Shown in pieces: positions 10,851-24,222 of a stretch of 64,000 bases of DNA. Below the pieces are notes generated by a model, which searched no databases, was not told where the DNA came from, and saw nothing but the letters and a program-made list of their open reading frames with translations. Location: positions 29,326,001 through 29,390,000 of the forward strand of contig NC_090350.1 in the NCBI RefSeq assembly GCF_035084215.1, in the 5' to 3' direction. Position numbers and translations under genes: made by a program. The DNA comes from Heptranchias perlo. Taxonomy: Eukaryota. The stretch's first letter is position 1, and each line of letters opens with the position of its first letter.

Positions 10851-12454
10851 GTATCAGTTTAATATGTTTCTGTCATATTTTAATTATAGCTTATAATGAA
10901 TCAGAAGTGTTAAGAACAGATAAGTAAAAGAAAACACTTTATAACAGTTTATTTGTTAAACAAGAATTACATTTTGTTTTAATTAATAATAGTAAAATAA
11001 ATCAATATTTTATTTTCATTTTTTATAGAATTAAAAGTAATTTAAATTTGCCTCAACTATTTTACCACTTTGCCCTAGCCATAAATTTAGGTAAAAATGC
11101 AGTTTGATTAACAAACAATTAAGTTTTCGATGAGCCTGTGTGGTACCGTTATTAATCAGCAGTGTTCCAAAGACCTGAAGGATCAAGGATAAATCAAATT
11201 TACACAGCAAATATCAGTGTCACAGAAAGGTAACAAAACCGTGATTAATTATAACTGTTTCTGGAGAGAAAAATTCAGAATATTCAATTTTGTGTGATAG
11301 ATTATGTCAAATTATGGTTTAGCTCAAGGAACACCCAACAAACCACAGCTATCAAAAGCAGCTTTGTATCATGATTAAAATAATATGGTAAAGTAGAAAT
11401 TCCGATTGGCAAAGTTTAGGTACCAACACAATGCACACATACCACATTTTTATGTATGCTATTTTTATGCTGGCGTTAGTTATCCCATCAGAATCTCTAC
11501 CTTTATAATCCCAAAGTTTGGTTATGAAACACAAGATGGTAAAATTTAATCAAGGATTTTGGATTTTAATCCTCTGATATCCAGCTAAAATAAAAACTGC
11601 TGATGAAGTGACATTTAACAGGTATTAAGCATGATTATAGTGGTTGGACTGTGAATATATTTACTCCTTTAGTTATGTTGTTGTAGAAAAATATTGCAGT
11701 TAGATTAAGGGTCAACAGACAATGATGGTTTTAGTTTGTAAGTTATGGTATCATACTTTCTGTGAAGCTTAAAGGTAAATTTTGTAAAAAGAAAGTTAAT
11801 ACAATGTGCTATACAATAATTGAAGTATATTAAACAGGATCTTAAACTCCAACTAAGTAGTTGTAAAATATAACTGGAATTGCAAAAGCTTTCTGCTTAG
11901 AGCATCGCAGTTTTTCTCAGTCAGAAAGGAGGAAATCTGGCCAATGTTAGAAAGAATCTTCGTTACAACAGAATGACTGTTCATTCATTGATGTAATTAT
12001 GACTTCCACTTATTAGGGAATCGACTAGGTACCTGTATCTTGCACAGACTACTTCTCAATTACAAGTAGGAGCTTGTTAACTAAATTATTAATCAAGGAA
12101 AATCATAGGCTAATTTTGAAAAGTGAGAGAAAAGATAGAATGGTTTTTGCTGGAAGGCATATGTGCCGCATTTTGATAGTTTTATAAACAGGAGAGTGGG
12201 AGGAGGAGTTAGATACTCTGCTCCTCCTTACACTTGTTAAAGTTTCACAGTTACAACAGCTTTCACTATGCATAATAATGAGATCAGACACACAGAAGCA
12301 TCATATTTGCAAAATCACAACAAGGATACAAAGGTTAAAAGAGGCACTGTCTTCATTAAAAGTGTTTGGCAATGTTTTCTTCTTTGATTGGCAGAAGAGC
12401 CCCCAAGAATAGTTGTATATAATGTGTGTCAAAATGATTTATATATAAATATAA

Positions 12455-13940
12455 ATGTATTTATACAGCGCCTTATCACATTTTCAGGACATTGAAAAAT
12501 ACTTTACAACCAATGAAGTACTTTTGAAGTGCAGTCACTATTGTTAAGTAGACAAACAGAGAGTAGGGGTTAAAGGTAATTACTCAGACTGGCAAAAGGT
12601 GAGAAGTGGTGTTCCAAAAGGATCGGTGCTGGGGCCACTGTTGTTCACCATTTAGATAAATGATTTGAACTCGGGAATCAGAAGTACAATTTCAAAATTT
12701 GCAGACGACACCAAATTGGGGGGGGTATAGTTAGTACTGAGGAGGACTGTGACAATTTAATAAATTTGCAGAATGGGTGAGTAATTGGCAAATGAATTTC
12801 AATATAGATAAGTGTGAGGTGGTACATTTTAGTAGGGAGAATAAAGAGGCCACATACTTCTTGGAAAATAAGAGTCTAAATGGAATAGAGGAGCAGAGGG
12901 TTCTGGGGGTACAGATACACAAATCACTAAAAGTAGCAATACAGGTTATCAAGGCCATTAAAAAAAGCAAGCAAAGCACTGGGCTCATTTCTAGAGGGAT
13001 AGAATTGAAAAGCAGGGAAGTTATGTTAAACTTGTATAGAACTTTGGTTAGACCACACTTGGAGTACTGTGAACAGTTCTGGTCTCCCTATTAGAAAAAG
13101 GATATAGAGGCATTGGAGAAGGTGCAAAAAAGATTTACTGGGATGATACCAGAACTGAGAGGTTATACCTATTAGGAAAGATTGAACAGGCTGGGGCTCT
13201 TTTCTCCAGAAAAGAGAAGGCCGAGGGGTGACCTGATAGAGGTCTTTAAGATTATGAAAGGGTTTGATACGGTAGACGTAGAGAAAATGTTTCCACTTGT
13301 GGAGGAAACCAGAACTAGGGGCCATAAATATCTGATAGAAACTAATAAATCCAATAGGGAATTCAGGAGAAACTTCTTTACCCAGAAAATGGTTAGAATG
13401 TGGAACTCGCTACCTCAAGGAGTAGTTGAGGCGACTAGCAAAGATGTATTTAAGGGGAAGCTAGATAAACACATGAGGGAGAAAGGAATAGAAGGATATG
13501 TTGATGTGGTTAGATGAAGAAGGGTGGGAGGATGCTCGTGTAGAGCATAAACACTGGCATGGACTTGTTGGACAGAATGGCCTGTTTTTGTGCTGTACAT
13601 TCTATGTAATTCTATGTAACATGGCAACCAAGTAAAGTCCCACAAATAGCAAATTAGATAAATGACCAATTAATCTGTTTTTGGTCGTGTTATTTGAAGG
13701 AGAAATGTTGGCCAGGACACCAGGAGAACTCCCTACTCTTCTTTAAATGGTACTGTGGGATCTTTTATCTCCACCTGAACCACAGGAACAGGCAGACAGT
13801 TTAACTTGTCTGAAAATACAGAATTTCCTCAGGTTTACACTGAAGAGTCAGCCTCGATTATGTACTCAAGTCCTGGAGTGTGTCTTGAATCCACGAGATT
13901 CTAGTTAGAAATGAAAATGTTACCAAATGAGCCAAGCTAA
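12455..13940 (-). mobile_element. DeuSINE (SacSINE1-like), split by a CR1 insertion
   Basis: Tail half at 12455-12555 and body/head at 13620-13940, both homologous to the intact copy at 55515-55920. Confidence 0.75.
12557..13618 (+). mobile_element. CR1 LINE 3' fragment
   Basis: SGVPKGSVLGPLLF, FADDTK, WQMNFNIDKC, LYRTLVRPHLEYC, RGDLIEVFKI, WNSLP motifs; ends in (attctatgta)2 repeat. Confidence 0.92.
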
Positions 13941-14759
13941 CATGTACAAATGATACAATAATGTATTGCAATATAATTTTTATTACTGCATTATTTGTTA
14001 GTAAGTACATAAAAAAGCTATATCAAATACTATTTTTCATAGACAATGTTCTTTAAAAATGTTATTTCAAACTAGTAACATGGAATTAACTCGATAAACC
14101 ATGTACTTTATCCCAGTCTGAATAAAGTAGTATAATCAGTATTGGGATTTCTCAAATGTAACATATCAAGTAAAAACTATTCCTTACACACTTTGGTATT
14201 CTCACTCCCTGAAAATTATATTTCATATCATTCAGATTCAAAGAAATATATATGTGTAAAAATATCATATAACCATTCTGTCCACTGAAACCAATTCAAA
14301 ATGCAACCTTACCATCTTCTTCCCCAGAATAAATAATTATATTAGGAGATGGAATATTCCAAGTATTTGCAGTAAAGATTTTAATAGCCTACTTGTGGTT
14401 AAACTTCTCTTGACTTATGTCTTTTACATTCTGAAAGGACAATGGTAGCACTACATCACTAGGCCATATATTACTATTTGTGACACATATTACAACTTGA
14501 GCTTGTTCCCAATACTCCTTATCATGCTCACTACTAAAATCAACTTCTATAAGCAAGTTCTCGTTCTCTATAAACCAAAACATGACCTTAGGCATGAAGT
14601 ATCTGCGAAAGAATGCTACCAGATAAACAATGAGCCATTATACCATTGGTATATGCACTGGAAACAGTACGGTCTGTCCCCTGTGTACCCTGGATTTCTC
14701 TGCTAGATGGAAAAACACCACATTGAACTGCATCTGACACCTATCCGCCCACCATGTTT

Positions 14760-14875
14760 AATATTTCCTACATTACAACAGTGACTACACTTCAAAAGTA
14801 TTTCACTGGCTGTGAAGTGCTTTAGGATGTTCTGAGTTTGGGAAAGGCGCTATATAAATGCAAGTCTTTCTTTCA
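14760..14875 (+). mobile_element. DeuSINE 3' tail fragment
   Basis: tttcctacattacaacagtgactacacttcaaaagta...ggcgctatataaatgcaagtctttcttt. Confidence 0.7.
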
Positions 14876-15495
14876 TGATGACCTTGCATAATCGTCATCA
14901 CAATTTGCCATACCCACCACTTTGATAACACCAGCAAATTTTGATATTATTTGCTCAATTCCTAAGTCTTTTACAAATGAATTTACTTTTACAAATGCAG
15001 CAACTAATATTTAACAAGAGCTGTAGAAGCATGTCATAGCTCGCAATGAGATATGATGCTGAATCAATAACTTGTGATGGCAAAGTCACAAGTTGAATTG
15101 TGGTCAGCCTCACATGTGGCAATATTTACATCCCATTCTAACTGCCAGCTATGACAACATTCTATTTACGACATTTGCAGCATAATCAACTGTAAATATA
15201 ATAAATGGATGTAATAGTTTTTAAGCTTAATAAAACCAGAGAACACTGCCTGGTGATATCACTTCTTATTTTGATATCAAATCAGTGAAGATTTTTTTGA
15301 CATCTTTCTGTAGTCTGTTTGCTATGCTTTAACACAGTGATGTTGAAGAAACTTAATTTGCTATTGAGCACAGATTTAGAGGCAATATTAAATGTGTGAC
15401 ACACATCATTTGTCAATGCATTTCCTTTTGGTCAAAAATGGCTTCCTAGGTTTCTTCCATCATCAACTGCTTAATATCAATTTTTCTTTTATTAG

Positions 15496-15553
15496 CTATT
15501 TGCAAAAAGGGAACCAAAAACCTAATGGAAACAGAAGAAAAAATGGGATAATG
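15496..15553 (+). CDS. dcdc2b: DCDC2-family coding exon 2
   Basis: Pyrimidine tract + ag; encodes (D)YLQKGNQKPNGNRRKNGIM; donor gtgagt. Phase 2 to 0 bridges exons 1 and 3. Confidence 0.8.
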
Positions 15554-16429
15554 GTGAGTTCCTTTAAATAACATATTGAGAATGTTGCCATATTTTCTTT
15601 ATCGTTAAACCCTTTCAGCTGAGAACTGTTTATATTACTGGGTAATACTGTTAGCATATTGCTGTCAATGTTAGTGGACAAACATTTAATGTATTTATAT
15701 CACATTCCCCTATCTTTTATTTTAAATGAGTTAAAAGGGTGGACAAAGGAATGTCATGAATGAGTTAAAGTGTTAATCCACTAATAACTTCAATACTAAT
15801 TTCTAGGCCACGGTGATTGCCCTATGTTTAAACTGGTCCGTTACAGTTTAAACATGTAAAACTGGGAAGTACAGCATCTTATTTGGGATAAATGCCTGTG
15901 ATACATTGTCACTTCAGATTCTTTTCAGCAACAAAATCTGGAGGATTCGTAGAAGAGACTTTTGTTAGGGATATTGCTTAGTCTAAGAATCAATTGTTGG
16001 ATGTATCTGTTGGAGTGAGGTTAGAGATGCATTTTGTGGAAATGAGCTTGGCCAGGTCAGAAAAGTTACTGAGAAGGTCTAGACTTAGTTCTGAGGAGAG
16101 GATAGTTATGTACTGTAAAGACTTTGAGTTGTAGATGGACTTATTGCTTGTATTAGATTAAAGTTAGATAGTGAAATAAAGTGAGAGGACCTATATCTTT
16201 GAGTATATGTTTGAATATGCTGCGTTGTGATCTACAGTTGGAATGTTACATTCCTACGGTTTTTAGATGAAGGTCTTGAAATTAATCTCTGAGAAGCACA
16301 CTTTGTTCTGTTTTGATGCTCCTGCTGCATAACTGCGTCTGATGGAGCACTCTTCATGAAATTGAGCACCCCTAGCCTGTGACTCGTGGTCTTCCCAGTA
16401 AATTATTATGCTCCTCCTCACAACTAAGT

Positions 16430-16790
16430 CTGGCAATTAAAGCACTGCAGCAACTCGCCAAGGCTTCTTCGACAGCACCTCCCAAACCCGTGACCTCTAC
16501 CACCTAGAAGGACAAGGGCAGGAGGCACATAGGAACAACACCAACTGCACTTTCCCCTCCAAGTCACACACTATCCCAACGTGGAAATATATCACCGTTC
16601 CTTAATCATCGCTGGGTCAAAATCCTGGTACTCCCTACCTAACAGCTCTGTGGGAGAACCTTCATCATACGGACTGCAGCGGTTCAAGAAGGCGGCTCAC
16701 CACCACCTTCTCAAGGGCAAATAGGCTTTGGCAATAAATGCTGGCCTTGCCAGTGACGCCCACATCCCATGAATGAATACAAAAAAAAAA
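16430..16790 (+). mobile_element. Poly(A)-tailed non-LTR retrotransposon 3' end (clade unresolved)
   Basis: Highly similar to the reverse complement of 26865-27395; encodes ...SKSWxSLP...; ends in an A tract. Confidence 0.85.
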
Positions 16791-17062
16791 TTCTGCCAAC
16801 TTGTGCATCCCTGACTTCCTTCGCCTCCAACATTGGCGGCCGTGCATTTAGCTGTCTAGGCCCTATGCTTTGGAATTCCTTCCCTAAGCTTCTCCACTTC
16901 TCCAGCTCCTTTAAGACACCCCTTAGAACCTACCTCTTTGACCAATCTTCGAGTTACCTGTCCTAATGTCTCCTTCTTTGGGTTGGTGTCAATTTTCTTG
17001 TCTGATTATGGTCCTGTGACGTTTTGCTACGTTAAAGTCGTTATATAAATGCAACTTGTTGT
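16791..17062 (+). mobile_element. L2 LINE 3' end
   Basis: GGRAFSCLGPMLWNSFP...FKTPLRTYLF, and tail tatataaatgcaacttgttgt. Confidence 0.8.
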
Positions 17063-19539
17063 AACTGCCTCATTTAAAGAAGTGCATCTCAAGATTGGAG
17101 CAGCAGTATTAAATGATGTCTCTGTGCTTGTCTGTTCCACCCACTCAACCAAGGGGGGAAACTAGGAGTAAACTCGAGTAAGGGAGTGAATACGAAATGG
17201 AGAAAGAAATAGAACAAAGTATATTTTACAAACATTCTGAGTAAGATGAATGGTTACTTTTGGCAGTTAATGTTGGGACAAGTGATTTGGCGAGGCATGT
17301 CAATCCACAATAAAACCTGCAAACTTTTACATTTAATACCTGAAGTGATTTGTTGCCCAAGTATCATGATTTTGCATTAAAAATCCTGGAGGTAGTGTAA
17401 ATACTGGTTTCTGAGCAGATCGAAGCAATATCAAATCTCTTGCCCCAATTATTATTTCCAACTAAAGCTTAGTGATTTGTTCAATGAGAATAAGTATCCC
17501 ATAGTTCTTTATTAAAATTAAAGAGGGTAATCTGTAAAGATATATTGCTTAGAAATTGCTGTTGGTGTGCTATTTGGGGGTTAACCGTGGTTACTATAGT
17601 TTTTCAGAAGAATTCTTGCCTGCCAGTTAACCCACAATACTTCTGTTTCCAACAGCACTGCAAATTGTACAATCCCCTGCCACACAGCAGAGTGACCAAT
17701 GGAGTGTTGGAACTGACTGGATAGCTGCCCAGCCTTTACAGTCCTGTATTTTTGAAGGGGAGAGCAAAGCAGACCAGGAGTTAGTGCTACAATATTCCTG
17801 GAAAATGTAAACTATCTGAGCATTGCTTGAGCACTCCAATGGTCCGCTTGATGCTGGCTCTAGTGGACTCATGGCTCTGGTTGTATCACAGTCTAGCCAG
17901 CAAGCATGGGTTTCAGGGAGATGCCATGAGCCAGATGTGAAGGGAATAGCCCTTGTCCCCAAGCAGGCAGCCTTTGACTTGCCTGTTACCGGCAGGAGCG
18001 CTAGCCACCTAAATTGAGGCCTGCTCAAAAATTGCATTGGGTGGGCCTCGGATGGGAAGATGGCAGTAAATTTATTTTTACTATTTTCCTCTCGCAACCA
18101 TCCCGTTCACACTGAAAAATGGGCCGATAGAGACAAAAGTCAGGCCCTCTGTATTTACACATGAAAAATAGACACTCATCAAACAGCATGAGTCATCACC
18201 TTTAGGACGAGAAGAGCAAAAAGGAGAAAATTGGAAGAAATAAATAACTGCTCTTTGAAGTGGCTTTGAACTTGATTGTTATTGTGCTCGCTATAACATG
18301 TTCAGACATGTTTCCTCTTAATGTGAACCATATCACATTGCAGAAGTGAACAAACTATTTTACTCAATCATCTATAATTAAGATAATGTTTTGCTTGGTT
18401 TTCCTGTTTTAGGAAGAGACTCAATTAATCTTTGGTTTCTTGAATTGAAATCATGTAAATATGGCCCTTTGTAAGGTTGTTAGGTTCTTTTATCACCAAG
18501 CTCCTCTCCATGTTCTCTTTTCATTATCTATTCACTCCATGCAGAGTTCTCTATGGCATATGAGTCTTCATCATTGCCTTTCAAGTTAATACAGCATGTA
18601 CCCTTGGTTTCTGCATTAAGATGTGTTTATCACATATGGGAGCCTTTAACACTACTCAAGTAGCTAACAATGCATTTAAGTATAAATGAGGAAAAGTTCA
18701 ATGATCCATTTGTAGAGTGTGCAATATTGGAGTGTATACACTCAATGAAAAAGAAATTCTCAATTTCCCCCAAGTCCCTTCATGTAGATTTAATGAAATT
18801 ATCGAGATTATATAACCACCAACAAATTTACGCTTGGAACACAGGATGGAATTGTTTGGTTTACCAGAACGTATCACACGTTAATACGATGTCTTTTCTT
18901 CAGCATGTGCTCTTGTTTGGAAATTAAGTAGATTACTAGGAAGTGGAGTAAGCATCTTTCCACATACAGGGAACTGATGCAGGTACACCTGGTCTCACAA
19001 GATGTATCTCACCAGTGGGTGGCTATGGGGTCCACCTGGGAGTCCAGGCCTGAATTGGGGCCTTCAGGTCCCTTGAAGGTGAGAGGCAGATTTAAAATAT
19101 ATATATATTACAAATGGTATCCTTACACAGGGGGCAAATGGAGGCAACCTCTTCCCGAGACGGGGGGAGGGGGCGAGCGGCAGAACTGCCCCCCCTGGCC
19201 GGCAGACTTCTGCTATACTTTCCAGCCACTTCGGCATGGGGGTGCCTGAGATGTGTCCCACTACCCACCAAAGGCCTGTTAGTCATGATCCCTCCCCAAC
19301 CCATGAAAATAGAGAAATTGTACCCCCAACCCATTATTTTCCACAAAAAAATCACATTGGGGTGTGCAATTCCCTTATTTTCATTCCTGGCATGTGCCAG
19401 GAGCACTTGAAGCATAAATCTCTCCTTATGTAAATTCAAGTCTGTCTTTATTAACAAAAAAACAGCAGATGTGGTGAACGTTGTAGACAGTTTTGCCTTA
19501 GCGTGCAGTTTTGGAACGCTTATCTTCAACAGGATATTG

Positions 19540-19880
19540 AAGCTTTGGCGAGGAATCAGAATAGTGATTGAAATAATTTCAGAATTTAGGGCTCTGAGTT
19601 ATGAAGAAAGACTCAGAACTGAATTTATTTTCATTAAAGAAAAAAGATTGAGAAAAGACATCCAGATTTTCAAAATATTGAGAAGAGGGGACAATATAGA
19701 TGTAATCAGTTTATTTTTAACTTGGACTGTCAGTGCACAGCTATAGGATATATGTATGAAATTATCAAGCCTCAGGCAAGACTTGCGATTAGAAGGAAGC
19801 TTTTATTCCCTACAGAAAAGTGGATCTGTGAAATAGATTGCCAGGCAAGGAAATTAATGTGGTGTTGATTAGCACCTTTA
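19540..19880 (+). mobile_element. Old CR1 3' fragment
   Basis: LSYEERL...EKRLRKDIQIFKIL motif. Confidence 0.6.
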
Positions 19881-20906
19881 GAAAAGAGCAGGGTGGGCTG
19901 TAAGGAATCCAGTGACAACTAATGTAAGAGATTAAATCTGAATTAAAAATTGCAAAATTATTATTGCAATTATAATTCATTTCAAATGAATTGGAGCTGA
20001 GTGAAACTGTTATGAATGGTCAAACTGAACTCAGTAACATCTTTTTCCAAGTTGCAGGCGTGCTGGTAACACTGATGAATTGTTGTCACAGTAAAACTAA
20101 CTGTAGGCACTTTTACCTCATGATCAGGTCCTGGGAGAGCAATGTTCAAATGGAGATTCACAACTCATTGTGCACTGAAGTTATTTTGATCTTAATATTG
20201 ATTTGTAAAAGTTCAAGGTAGGCCTGGGAACCATTGCATCATTATGAAATTGAGTGTCATTATGCACATAGAGTATTGATAATTGAGTTGGTTCTGTGCA
20301 CAATTTAGATAATATTCTTTCAAAGTTTGGATCTTTGGAGCAAGCATAAATGCAGACCAGACATAGGAATCACTATGGAGCCTGTCCTGTGCCTCTGAAT
20401 GGTTACGTAGTGGTACAAAATAGCATTGTGACATAAATATGCAGATGCTCACAAACGGTTCCATGCATTTCATGGGCAAGAAAAGGAGGTATCTAATATG
20501 ATATCCCCTCTGGTTGTCAAGAATTTAAATTTGTGAGTGTCAATAAAGCCAGCAGAATCACATGTCTGCTGTCCATAGATCTTTATCAAAGTAAAAGTGC
20601 TGCTGAATAGTAATTGGCTGAGTTTCAGGAATGTTATTTCAAACCAACTTGTTCAGTCACACAACTTGTTACTTCACCAATGCCAATCAAATCAAAGTAT
20701 CAACAAGATCAGCATTGAAGCCAAACTCTCTGTGTCAATGGACCTAATCTCTTGTTGCTCATTTTAACTCCACTGGCGTATAAGTACTATATACCTTTGA
20801 GTATTTATGTAATATTATATCCAAATATGCACTTCTCTATGCTCTTCCTCCTTTTTATGTCTGTGTTGAAATGTGTCCTATTTTAACGCATTAGGAGTAA
20901 ACGTCA

Positions 20907-21280
20907 GGGTCGATTTTAACCCCCCCCCACCCACTCCGGCGGGAATGGTGCTGGCGGAGGTGGAGTAAGGTGACAGAGGAGGTTTGTGCTGCGTTTCCAC
21001 CTCTCCCATGATCTTACTTGCTTGAATTGAGGGATGGGAAGGCCGCATGCCCCAGAGGAGTGCGGGCCTAATTTAAATGGTGAAGTCATGTCCACATGAT
21101 GTCATCGGGATGCGCTCGCCATTTTAACCGCAAGCCCGACCAAGGCCCACCCAGTCTCCAACCAGCCAGCGAAAGCTGGCAGCAGCAAGAATCCTGGCCA
21201 CAGGAGGCCCGGATAAGTGGCCTTTTTGTATATTTTCAAAGGTTCCTTGTGGGCCAGGAAGTGCAGGAGTGCTCCTAATG
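20907..21280 (+). mobile_element. Non-autonomous Harbinger-like element fragment
   Basis: Starts gggtcgatttt (TIR-like). Shares cttgtgggccagga-g-gcagga with 45090 and 51105. Confidence 0.55.
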
Positions 21281-21603
21281 TAGCAGGTTTCTGTCCCCTT
21301 TTCCTCTCCTGAGTGTTTCCCAGGGACTACAAGTGAATAAATTAGCCATATTCTTTCCCAGCAGCTCAAAATGGTGTGCTTATCCCTTTCTGTCTTTCCT
21401 TCATATAAATCCCAACCTTGATATCATCTAAACACCAATTCCTGTCTCACCTTGTCTTCTTCTTCTCCTATGTTTTTAGTCTTGCTGGTGTGCAGCATTA
21501 TTCACCTTGGCCCTTCACTTAAGCATCTCAGCAAAAAATAAACTAAGGTAACCCAACTGAATTAAATTATTAAAATATATCTTTCTTTTAAATTTGTTTT
21601 CAG

Positions 21604-21680
21604 GTGAGGGCTGTTTATTCCAACAGAGAAAACGTCTCTGCTAGATGGAGGAAATACATTCAGATGCCATGCATAGTTAA
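21604..21680 (+). CDS. dcdc2b: DCDC2-family coding exon 3
   Basis: VRAVYSNRENVSARWRKYIQMPCIV matches the conserved NVSARxRK linker; ttttcag acceptor, gtaagt donor. Confidence 0.92.
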
Positions 21681-22656
21681 GTAAGTACTAAAATCTGCGG
21701 TCACAGTTTACTTAATCACATCTGGCCTGGATTTTGCAAGCATTTACCACCCGTTTTCTGACAATTTCTATGTAGATGTGGGAAATTCAGTCAGAAGCCA
21801 ATCTGCCAGTTTCCCACCCTCCCCTGCCACTTCCAGAATGTTCCATTGGAAGTATGGGCAGCTGTTGGATAGACTTACCCATTTATGAATGTTAATGATG
21901 GAACTCGGTCATCTGACCTATTTGCTCTCATTAATGCCTCAACAATACTGAGCATCAAGAATGCCATTGCTATGAAAGCAGATGAGGAATTTAAAGTTTA
22001 ATGCAATCAGTCGCAGAAATGTTTAAATTCCAACCTTTTTTCAACCAGTATTGCCGACCATGCTGCAGCAATTTCATTTCCCCCTCCACTCCTCCACTCG
22101 CCATTTGATATGTGGAATCCTACAGGACCAGAGGTACTGTTGGGTGCCGACCACAATTACTAGAATTAGGCAGACCCTGGGAGATCTGCTGGGGTCAGGG
22201 CAGAGTGAGGTGGGTGGGTTCAAAATCCCCCCCACCACCAATCCAGTGGGAGGACATGGATAATCAAACACTGCATGGAAAATTGCAGCTCAAGTCCTGT
22301 TGGGACTTTGGGAAGGTCATCCATAAAATGCAGCTGGTCAGGATTAAATACTATCATAATATTATCAATTTCTTGGAGATTTTATTCACCTTCCTCAGGA
22401 AATTAAGTTTGAGGGAGTCGATGACAATGTAATACAAATAGCCTGCTGGAAAGAACAGACTTGATGAAGGGCCTTTTCTAGTTTTATGTTTTCCCTGAGA
22501 TCAACTAACTTAAGATACAAAAGAGATCAAACCTGAAACCTCCCTAATCTGAATGGCTCAGTATCATACCATGACCCCTTTTCAACTACCTATAATTGCA
22601 ACAGTGCCAACCAGGAATAATATGAAATACAGAGGCAGGAAGGAATACACACAACC

Positions 22657-23160
22657 ACCCAAAATTTTCTGGAAAACTGCAGCATAACACAAACATAAGA
22701 ACGGAGTTGTGCCCTTTTTCTTCAAGGAAATTCACAAGTAACTGATTTACGCCAGTTTTATGCCGAATCCACTTAGCGCGAATTTCCTCAATCATTTACC
22801 CTGCTCCCAAGTTACATCTGCTGAAACCCTATTTAGCTCATTAACATAGCTCCGTCCCCATCTAAAAGACCAGAGAAGACAAGTTTCCTGCATTTACCCT
22901 AGTTCTGAATGGGCGATAAATTTACGCCCAAAACTTCAGATGCAGCAGGACCTGAAATCGTTATTTCTGTTCCGTGCTTTCCTCGGGCCCTGATTGTTTA
23001 CATTGATTTCCGTTTGTTTTACGCTGGTTTTTATGTTTCAACATATGCTAATAAGATACTCAGGATATTGCGGCATAAGTTGCTGTTGGCTAGATTGGTG
23101 CATAAACAGGCGTAACTTTCGAAGTATTTCAGTGTAAGTACGATCCAGAAAATTTTGACC
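22657..23160. mobile_element. MITE-like element
   Basis: Inverted termini caaaattttctgga (22660-22673) / tccagaaaattttg (23144-23157), plus inner ttacgcc..tttatgc inverted pair. Confidence 0.6.
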
Positions 23161-23234
23161 CATAGTCTGACCAGATAAATGTGAACCTATTGTTTCTGTC
23201 CAAAGATACAATAGTTTTGTACAACTTAGATCAT

Positions 23235-24222
23235 GGGCTCAATTTTGAAATGGTGGCGGGTTGGCAGCGGTGGGGGGTGAAGGTGCGCGTGGCAAATCCG
23301 AATAAAAAAACTTACCTTTTGCGACGTGATCGCGATATAATTGATGGTGATTACAGCTCTTTCCGGGTTTCGCGCCCGGCAGCCGCTAATTGACAGGATG
23401 GCTGCCGACAGGAGCTGCAACGCTGAGGTCGGGGGGGAGAGAAAGAGAGAGAGCAAGACATCATCCGGCGCTGAACAGAGAGTGGAGGACGCTGAAGATC
23501 GGGGTTGTGGGGGGGGGGGAGAGTGGAAGATTGGGGGGGAGAGGGGAAGATTGGAGGGGAGAGGGGAAGATCGGGGACTGAGAGGGGGAGATGTGGGAGA
23601 GGGACATCGGACAGGGGCATCGGGGGGGGGGGGGTGGAGAAGATCGGAGAGGGACGTCGGTGGGGGAGGGGAGAGGGACATCGGAGAGGGAGACATCGGG
23701 GGCTGAGAGGGACATCGGAAAGGGAGACATCGGGGGGGAGAGGGGGCATCGGAGAGGGAGACATCGGGGGGGAGAGGGGGCATCGGAGAGGGAGACATCG
23801 GGGGGGAGAGGGGGCATCGGAGAGGGAGACATCGGACATTGGAGCAGGGTGGAAAGGTAGGTTTATTTTGTTTTTTTAGCTTTGTGCAATGATTTTTTAT
23901 TTAATTTATTTCATTTATTTTTGCCTGATCCGGCCCTTCACGCATGGATCGGAAGCTGTGGGAAAGCTGCCCAGGTAAGTTTAAAAACATTTCAACTATC
24001 TACTACGTCAGAAATAAAGTACCTTAGGTACCTCAATGAGGTACATTTGGTTCTTTAACTATCATCCCACCGGCTTTAATTGCCGGCGGGACTTCCAGAT
24101 TCGTGAAGCGGGCACGTCTGTGGGGAACTCGGAAGTCGGCAGTTTGGAGCCTGCTTCCGAACCCGCTTGGGATTTTCGCCATTTTTGCAGCGCACCCGCA
24201 TATTAATTTTAAAATTGAGCCC
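23235..24222. mobile_element. Harbinger-type MITE with G-rich minisatellite
   Basis: TIR gggctcaattttgaaat / attttaaaattgagccc (16/17 match); 3-bp duplication cat at 23232-23234 and 24223-24225; CpG-rich. Confidence 0.9.
23500..23836 (+). repeat. G-rich minisatellite (~34-bp higher-order unit of catcgg-purine runs)
   Basis: Repeated catcggagagggagacatcgggggggagaggggg. Confidence 0.9.

Noticed and set aside
17627-18097. 156-aa minus-strand ORF
   Set aside because: No recognisable domain or splice context; overlaps repeat-like sequence.
23500-23836. Possible CRISPR-like array
   Set aside because: Tandem low-complexity units with no unique spacers; vertebrate context, no cas genes.
23226-23879. 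Multiple Pro-rich and Gly-rich ORFs on both strands
   Set aside because: Translations of the G/C-run minisatellite inside a MITE.
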